From Hyaloraphidium curvatum SAG 235-1 (taxonomy: Eukaryota; Fungi; Monoblepharomycota): DNA of 64,000 nucleotides. Shown here one piece after another: positions 56,309-64,000 of this stretch. Under the pieces are notes generated by a model. That model was not told where the DNA came from. It made no database searches and saw only the letters and a program-made list of their open reading frames with translations. Every line of letters begins with the position of its first letter. Position 1 is the first letter of the stretch. Made by a program: the position numbers and the translations under genes. The stretch lies in the NCBI GenBank assembly GCA_025558095.1, contig JAIVFI010000033.1, forward strand, positions 186,001 to 250,000, given 5' to 3'.

Positions 56309-57449
56309 TCATGCCGGCGTCTCCTTTTCCCCCTCGTCCCCGCTGTCCCCCGTCGACGGCGGCTCCTCGGGCCCGCGATCCGCGACCGACAGCGGGGCCA
56401 GGTCCTCCGCCAGGTCGTCCAGCGACGACGCGACGGTCACGGCGTGCTCCGGCTCGCTCGCCGGCCCTTCCGCCGCCGGCGACGCGTCCGCCGGCGCGGT
56501 CGCCGGGGAAGGCGACGGCAACGGCGCGTCGCCATCCTGCACGTCCACGTAGTTGGTCGGCACGAGGCCCTTGTCCACCAGCTTCACGCGCACGCGGAGC
56601 TTCCCGTCCTTGTCCAGCCGCACGCGGGTCCGCCCCTGCGCGTTCACCTTCCTGTTGACGCGGCCCTTGACCTTGATCTTGACCTTCAGGCCCAGCGACC
56701 AGCCGTCGGGGTACAGCCGGCGGTAGTCCAGGAAGCGGTCCAGGTCGAGGGCAAAGGACCGCGGGCGCAGGTAGATGGCGACCGACGGCAGCGGCTTGGT
56801 CGGCGAGTCGATCGACGCCGTCCTGTCCTCGGCCGCGGGCTCGGGCACCGACGCCAGCAGCGGCGACAGCAGGTTCTTGCTCATGTCCGCCTCCTCGGCA
56901 AACTCGGGGGCGCCTGCGCGGCGGTCCAGCAGCAGGATGCCCTCGCCCTCGCGCACAGTCATCTCCCACTCGGTCACGCCCTGGAACTCGTACATGGCCT
57001 TTGCCTTTGCGAAGGTGAACTGGTGCAGCACCAGCTTGGCCTCCAGCATTTTGGCCAGGTCCAGGTCGGCCAGCAGCTGGTTGCAGTTGACCTCGACGGT
57101 CTCCTTCGTCCGGCCCCAGCCCGTGGAGAAGTTGGAGCCCAGCGACGACGTCGAGTCGTCGAATGCGTCCATCGAGTTGTCCACGAACTCGCCATCCGAG
57201 CCCGAGCCGTCGCCGTCGGGCGCGCCGTCGTACGGCAGACACCAGTGGCGCGGGTCGGCCGGTGGGTACGCAAAGTCGCGGCGGCGCACGTCGCCCTGCA
57301 GGGACTGCGGACCGGTGAGGGAGGCCGGCGCGCGACGCGCGGGCACCCACCTGCGCCTTGGCACGCAGGTCCGCCGCCGTGGGCGGCCCGTCGGCCGGCG
57401 TATCCGGCGGAGCCGCGTCGGCCGGGCCCGCGTCGTCTCCGTCGGCCAT
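56309..57449 (-). CDS. Protein with a split SH3 domain carrying large loop insertions (1 intron)
   Basis: AKAMYEFQG..EWEMTVREGE ... DGWSLG ... KGLVPTNYV. Confidence 0.75.
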
Positions 57450-57990
57450 TAGGGGGATGCGGGGGAGGGGGCGGGGTGCTCGCTCGAAAGTCGATCGTGC
57501 GCCCCCGCCTCGGTGAAATCGACCCGGTCTCGAACACGGCCCCAATCCAGAGGAAAATGTAGGCAGCCGCACTACTGTTCTCGGTATCCTTAGTACAGAA
57601 GCTGAAGGCTCGTTCCGGCCGTTTCTGGTGGCCTGGGCGGGGCTGCCTCGGGGCCCCACTTCCCTTCTCGTTCCATCACCCAACTTACGAGACATCAGGT
57701 CGAAAGACATCATCCGCTTGCTTTCCAGGATGGTCATCAATGCTCTTGTCGATCCGATTGTCGCCGATGCCGCCGCTATGGTGCTCACTCCCCGTTGCTG
57801 CGATCTTGGCCCATCAGATTACGTCCAAGCTAGCTCGCAACGGCCGCTCCCATCGAGCATCCACGGCATTCAAGGGTCAATCCATCACTCGGCAAATCCA
57901 GAAAACGAATACAGGACATCCGGGTCGGCCGTGAAGTTGGGGACGACATGCCGCCGCCGAAAACCATTCACCCGACTCGCAACTCGCGAA

Positions 57991-58411
57991 ATGGCCGCGG
58001 CTCCCGGTGTGCCCAAGGAGCGGGCCAAGCTCCGCGCGTGTATGCTGTGCGGCCTCCTGAAGGTAGGCATGCCCTTCCCCGGCCGCGGGACCCCGCTGAC
58101 CCCCCGGACGGCGCGCCCAGACGGCCGCGCAGTTCAAACGCGACGGCTGCGACAACTGCGAGGAGCTCCTGCATTACCGCGGCTCCTCCTCCTCGGTGCA
58201 GTCGTGCACCACGGACAAATTCGAGGGCATGATCGGGCTGTTCCAGCCCGACAACTCGTGGGCCGCGCGGAACCTCAACATCGAAAAGTTCGTGCGGGGC
58301 ATGTACGCCGTGCGCGTCGTCGGGAGGTTGCCGGAGGACATCGAGGACCGGCTTCGGGACGAGGGCTACGTGGTCTATCCGCGGGATGGGAGCACGGTCG
58401 AGGGGTCGTAG
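57991..58411 (+). CDS. SPT4: Transcription elongation factor Spt4 (1 intron)
   Basis: LRACMLCGLLK|...F..DGCDNC...CTT..FEG....P..SWAAR.....GMYAV.V.GRLP. Confidence 0.95.
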
Positions 58412-58564
58412 GCATCTGGGGTCTGGCGGCCGGCGACGACGATACCCGGGCGAGGGCACCCTGTAAAGCACCACTGCGGCATGGCACCGGATCTGCGTCT
58501 CTTTCATCTGCGTGTCTGTCTTTCTCGTCTCATCTCTGATCTCCATATCTCCAAGTCTCAAGCT

Positions 58565-61172
58565 TCATCTCTCTTGATTGCCTGTTTCGCTCGCAGCGGC
58601 CCCGTTCTCCGCGGCTTCGCCCTCCTCGTCGCTTTCTTCTTCATCGTCGTCGGCATCGCCGCCCGTCAGAATATCCTTGTCTTTGAATGGCAGCGGTACG
58701 TCCCTGTGCGGCGGCGTCAGCACCTTTCCGCCCCTTGCCCCGGGGAACCCACCGAACTACTCTGAAGTTATCAGTGTTGTTGGCGTGCTCCGTCTCGACG
58801 CGGATCAAGTTCCACTGTCCCCTGCGGCAGACCTCGAGCAGCGCCAGGCCGAACGCCACGAGCGCGCCGTCCACGCCCAGACTCGTCCAGTAAGACGGAG
58901 AGAGCACGAGGATGAAGGAGCAACGCAGGACGGCGTTGGTGGCCATGGCAAAGTAGTAGAAGGACTGCGGGTACGTGAGCTCACCCCGGAGGTACCCGTG
59001 CTCCGGCTTGCCAAGCGCCCAATCCTTGCGGATGTCCCACGTCAGGGAGTAGGCCGTCGAGGCCACAGCGAAGCCGATCCAGACAGCCCAGCTCGCCCAG
59101 CCCTTGTCGAGTTTGGACCCAAACGAGGCGACGATGACGCACGAGCTGGTGAAGTATTTGCCGGCGTTGATGAGGTGGTCGCGGTGCTTGGGGTCGTCGA
59201 CGTAGCCTGGTGGCCCAATGGCACCATCCATCAGCCCCTGAAGGTTTCGCCGACGAATGCGACTCACGTCTTATGCACTGCACGAGGCGGAAAACGTTGG
59301 GTATGTTCAACAGCATCGGGATGAGCCAATCGTGCTCAAGGTTACAGTGCAGCTCCAGGTCCGACCACGAGTGCCGGTACGCGCAGATGAAGGTCGCCAG
59401 CCCCGTGAACATATACGAGCACGAGACCAGCTCGTCGGCAATGAACACGTCGCGGAATTGCACAGGCAGAATGCCCGAGAGCACGGTCGCACGGAGCAGG
59501 CTGCGGACGGCCCATCGCCTCGACGACAGGAAGAAGACCGGCAGGGGATTGAGCATGAGCAGGACGATGAATAGGATGTAGAGCAATGGGTACGCTTCGC
59601 TAGGGACGAGCCCGGCGAGCCAGCTGCGAAGAATTAGTGGCAGCGTGGCCGAATCAAGACGAAACCCACTTGTTGAAGGTGAAGTAGAGACATAGGGAGA
59701 GAATGAGAGCAATGAAGCCAATGAGCTCCATAATCTGAAATGGATTGAGATAGTCTCTTGGATCGAGTTCGAAAATGAAAACGTGGTTGATTCCGTAGCG
59801 CTTCCACACCAAAACGTTCCCGCAGAACAAAAGGAGCAGGAAAATGGGGACAAAAAAGCCTCCGTAAACTAGGAGGAAGTATCGATTGTTCTCGGACGCC
59901 GCAAGACCGCCGATTATGAGCGTGCGCACCGTGCTCACGAGCGGAACCAGCGAAAGCCCCCAAAAGAGCCCGGTCCGGAAGGCGGTCCAGGTATTGTCCT
60001 CGTCCCTGGTGTCCGGCAAGCGCAGTTTGTCCAGGCATTTGCGGTTGCCGCCGTGGAGCCTCAAGAACAACCGCTCCGTGGCCTCGATCATATCGTCCAG
60101 CCTCTTGGAGGACGAAAAATCGGCCTCGTCCACCTTGGGCATGTACAGCGGCTGTGCATCGAAGTAGGCGGCCTCGCTGAACTTCTTTAGCACCTTGGCA
60201 AAGATCATCCGGTTCAAAACGCGGTAGTTCTTGATGAGCTGCAGGTACCGATAGTGCTCCATGACGGCCTCTTCTATCTTGCGCCGTGCAGTCGCGGGGA
60301 AGGAATCCACCTCGCCAAAGGCGTCCCCGTGCGGCAGCGTCGGAGACCCGGGTGCGGAATGGTGGTGACCAGCGACGGGGAGCCTCCCCGCGACGGGAGC
60401 GGCAATCTGCGACACGGAGCCGACGAACGCGGAAATATCCATCTGGAACGTGTCCAGGCTGCCGAAGAAAGTCCCGCCCTTTCCCGATTCGAGACGCTTC
60501 CGAAGCTTCTCGGACGATTCCAAGAGACGCGCGAGCGACGTCAGCTGGCCAGCAAGCGCGCGGAAGCGCTCGAAGGCAATCGACTCCTGCCCTTGGTAAA
60601 AGGTATTCACCTTAAGGAGGGAACACAGGTTGGTTAACTCCCCCGTCAATGCCCGGGACACAGGTATTCACCTTGGACAGCTGCCTATCCAGGTAATGGA
60701 AGAATTCAACCTCAGCGTGGATGCCTCTGACCATAAGAATCACCGACAGAGGCATCGCCCCGTAGTCGATCCTCTGCGGGGCAGGTTCCAGGACCGAAGT
60801 CAGGGTTCGTATTGCATCCCGAAAGCTAGCTTTGCGCTGGAGCGCCTTCGAGGGATCGTTCCTGGATCTCCGATTGAGGGAAGGACGCGAGGCCCCGGGA
60901 GGCGCCAGCAGGGACTCGGTTTCGTCGGGTCGCGGCTCATCCAGGTTGTCTTCCAAGTGCGATTCCACCGCCGGGATGATCGAGATCCCTCCCTGCTCGA
61001 GCATCGCGGAAATCCAGTTGTCCAACGGTCCAGCGATGTCTTCTCCCCGTCTTCGCTTCTCGCGGATCGCGACCTCGACATCTTTGATCTTGGCCTTCAG
61101 CTGCCCGTAATTGGCGTAGCTATGCCGCCACTCCGAGATTCTCTCGTTGCGCAGGTACGTTTCGAACTTCAT
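58565..61172 (-). CDS. SYG1: SPX-EXS protein (SYG1/XPR1/PHO1 phosphate exporter family), multi-exon
   Basis: MKFETYL...EWRHSYANYGQLK; KVNTFY; NYRVLN..F.KVLKK; GINHVFIFE; VQFRDVFIADEL; HLINAGKY; RRGQWNLIRVETEH. Confidence 0.92.
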
Positions 61173-61526
61173 CTTATATGCACCCGCGCGCGACGACGCA
61201 CGTATACCCCAGGGTCACCCAGGGTCACGTCCCGTTGTCCCCAAAACGGGGTAAAGCGGGGTCTCTACCCCCGGGTTTTGCGGGGGCGCGTGGCCCGGGG
61301 TATTCCGGGTGTGCGGTCGTAGTTACAGCGCGATCGTTGACTTGATCACGCCGGAGCCCACCGCCATCGCGCATCACGCGTTCCGGGTCCTATGCCAGCG
61401 CATAGAGCTCTCTACACCTTCCGGAACTGTTTGCAAGCGAATCCTTTTGGCTCACCGGCCGCCTCCGCGACCGCTTGCTTCGTATTCGGCGCGCTTCTCG
61501 TCGCATCTGTGGTCCCGTCGCGCCAC

Positions 61527-61871
61527 ATGAGCACAATGGCCGCTACGCGCCAGGACAGCGTCGTTCTCTACGTGACGACTCCGAACACGGAGGTTGCGAA
61601 GAAGCTTGCCCACGGCCTTCTCGAGAAGAAGCTCATTGCGTGCGCAAACCTGGTCCCCCAAATAACCTCGATCTACACGTGGAAGGACAAAATCGAGGAG
61701 GACAACGAGGTTCTGATGATTTTGAAGTCCAAACAAGAGTTGGTGGACGACATCACCGCCCACGTCAGGGCAAATCATCCCTACGAGGTCCCGGAAGTTA
61801 TCAGCTTGCCAATCACCGCCGGCAACCCGGCGTATTTGGATTGGATAACCCAGAATACAGCTCAGCGATGA
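61527..61871 (+). CDS. CUTA: CutA divalent-cation tolerance protein (in-frame upstream ATG at 61392 could add a targeting peptide)
   Basis: LYVTTP, LIACANL, SIYTWKDKIEED.E, HPYEVPEVI, YLDWI. Confidence 0.92.
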   Translation: MSTMAATRQDSVVLYVTTPNTEVAKKLAHGLLEKKLIACANLVPQITSIYTWKDKIEEDNEVLMILKSKQELVDDITAHVRANHPYEVPEVISLPITAGNPAYLDWITQNTAQR

Positions 61872-63702
61872 CCCTTTTCGACAATTCCTTTCCGGAACGG
61901 TGCCGGAAAGACGTACGGTCCAGGGAAGCGCACTGCCTCGGCCGCTGCCCCATTCTCGCCCATGGTCCGCACACGTTGCCTCGAGTAGTCGAGCAGGCGC
62001 CGTGCCAGCTGCAGCTTGGCTACGACGAGCAAAGTCCATAGCACAGCGAGGCCGCCGACGACCTTGACGAGCCACACCACGCGACCCAGGTAGATAGCTG
62101 GTCCGCTTCCCAAGCCCTCGGAGAACCCGAGAAACTCGCCGATCTGCATGCAGACGCGAATCGCGAGGCATGAAATGGGCAGCACCGAGAAGCCTATCCG
62201 TTTCGCGAGGGCCGGCCCGTGATCGTAGGCGTGCCTCGTTTGGGCGTCTCCATTCTCGGTATGACCACCACCCCGGCTGCGCGTCGGGCCCTTATCCTCG
62301 TCAATGTCGAGGGCAAACTTGTCGGCAAAAGAGCGGTACAGCCGCCGGGGCTCCCACTCTTCCGTCCTCATGTGGGAATTGAATTTGACGACAAAAGCGT
62401 GCTTAAGCCAATCGACGAGGATCTCCGAGGCGAAGATGAGGCCAATCGGGGCCAGGACCTTGAGCAGGAGAGGAATCGAGAGTTCCAAGTGCCCGGCGCC
62501 TTCGCCATCCGAGTCCAGGACGTCCCCGGCCCCGCTGAGCTCGAGGTAGTTGCGGATGCCAACGATGACGAGGAAAACGCTGAGCTGGAAGCGCTCGACA
62601 ATGTCCGCACACGTCAGCTGCCGGAACGCGCGTGAACCAACCTGGTTCCTTTTGAGAAACGAATCGACGTACCTGGAAAAGATTGTCCTTCTCGTACTTT
62701 TTGAAAACCGAGCCCTTGACCTCCACGAACTGCACGGGGAATAAGCTGTGAGCGGACAAAACAGCATGCACGGGGGCAGCAAGGCACCTGGTTGCTCAGC
62801 AACAAAGTAAGGAGGGCATTGTTGAACGAATTGATCGCCACCTGGAGCGTCGTGCACTGGTAAAAGAGCACGAGGGCATGCAGCCAGACATAGACCGTCG
62901 CAACCGCGAATCTCAGCCAGAACGTGAGCATAGCAAGCGGTGCGTTTCGTGATTCGGTTCTGGTGAGGTACAGCGAATCCAAGATGTCGTTGCCGAAGGA
63001 GCAGCAGAGCTTGTCCAGGATTTCTAGGACGTTGAAGATGACATAGAGCTTGACGACGCTCTGGCCGCGGACGCCGTGATAGACGACGGACGTATCGATC
63101 TCGCGCAGAAGCATCGACACAATCAAGATGATTGCCACCTTTACGAGGTCCGAGCGCTGCTGCGGGAGCAGCCGAGGCACAGAAGACAGCCGGAACATCC
63201 TGCTCAACGTTCGGTACGAGCTCAGCACGACCCGCAGAGGCAGGATGGTGAAAATGTAGAGGAAAGCGTCTAGAAGGACGAGGTAGCCAAAGATCACGAT
63301 CCTCTCCACCTCCCCGGGGACCCGGAAGAAGCTGTTGATCCTCTCCACGTTCTCTTCGAGGCCCTGGCCCGAAGGCATCGGGCCGTCATCCCCCACCACC
63401 TCGTCCAACAGATCATCCAAAAAGCTGCTACGCGTTTTGCGTCGCGCGTCGTCCTGTTCCGAGAAGCTTTTCGGCCTCGGAGAATCCTCTCCCGACGCGT
63501 CCCCGGACGACAGGAGGTCGTCTTCCGAGAGGGGATCGTCCGGATATCGACGACTGGTCTCGCTCGAAGGAGAGAAGTTGTACTCCGAGTCCGAATGCAA
63601 GGCATCGTTTGCTTCCGGCGAAGCAGCATCCGGCCGAAAAGCAATTTCCTCTCCGACACCGCTCGCCAAGCGCTCCAACGCGGAAGAGCCCTCCGCGGAC
63701 AT
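61862..63702 (-). CDS. TAPT1: TAPT1/EMP65 (DUF747) ER membrane protein (2 introns)
   Basis: LDAFLYIFTILPLR, YHGVRGQSVVKLYVIFNVLE, LLTLLLSNQ|FVEVKGSVFKK, DIVERFQ, EILVDWLKHAF. Confidence 0.92.
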
Positions 63703-63898
63703 TGGCTTCCAGTTTCCGATCAAAGGCAACAAAGGAAAGGGCAAGGAACTCTGTCCATGAGGCCAAGGCGGACGGACTTGTGCGTCTGACAGATCGCGAT
63801 CGCGATCGGCACCCTCGAACGCTTGCGTTTGGCCCGACCAACCCTCAGCGGGCTGGTTTCAAGACGAGGACAACGTCGTTGGGATCCCGGACGGAGAC

Positions 63899-64000
63899 AT
63901 GGCACCTGGACTGATTTATCCGAAGGACCACGGAGATTTCCAGGCAATAATCGCGTCGCCCAAGTTCACTCTGGTCGATTTCTTTGCGACCTGGTGCGGC
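63899..64000 (+). CDS. Thioredoxin (partial, runs off the window)
   Basis: MAPGLIYPKDHGDFQAIIASPKFTLVDFFATWCG, ending in the start of a WCGxC-type active site. Confidence 0.85.
   Translation, partial: MAPGLIYPKDHGDFQAIIASPKFTLVDFFATWCG

Noticed and set aside
57690-57745. Possible minus-strand C/D box RNA (TGATGA...GATGATG...CTGA)
   Set aside because: Too short for a eukaryotic snoRNA and no convincing rRNA complementarity
1-64000. Bacterial origin or contamination suggested by high GC and by malQ, Nei, PhyH and heliorhodopsin
   Set aside because: These genes carry spliceosomal introns of the same style as their neighbours and are interleaved with eukaryote-specific genes (RPL37, SPT4, CTF8, UBE2J1)

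Overview
This is gene-dense, high-GC eukaryotic DNA with many short GT-AG introns (mostly about 45-70 nt, GCTGAC/CTAAC-type branch points). The gene content (Zn2Cys6 factor, APSES-like domain, SYG1, CTF8, Tcd, EMP65/TAPT1) points to a fungus, most likely an early-diverging chytrid/monoblepharid-like lineage; this placement is an inference. About 40 spliced protein-coding genes can be reconstructed by hand. Most of the long ORFs in the supplied track are antisense or out-of-frame shadows caused by high GC. I found no rRNA, tRNA, CRISPR array or transposase. Highlights: (1) an intron-containing heliorhodopsin with all hallmark residues; (2) a bacterial-type GH77 amylomaltase (malQ) bracketed by two near-identical ~250-bp direct repeats; (3) several longer introns with no internal AG at all and, in most, a 5'-proximal branch-point motif, suggesting an unusual splicing architecture; (4) an algal-type Cys/Met-rich CTR copper transporter next to a DOMON-cytochrome b561 reductase; (5) a head-to-head pair of ABCG half-transporters with non-canonical Q-loop/signature motifs; (6) a rhodanese/MST with the catalytic Cys replaced by Ser; (7) a JmjC-zinc finger-APSES fusion; (8) an MVEG-type Fpg/Nei glycosylase with a SAP domain. 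Gene coordinates span introns, and exon boundaries were inferred by eye.
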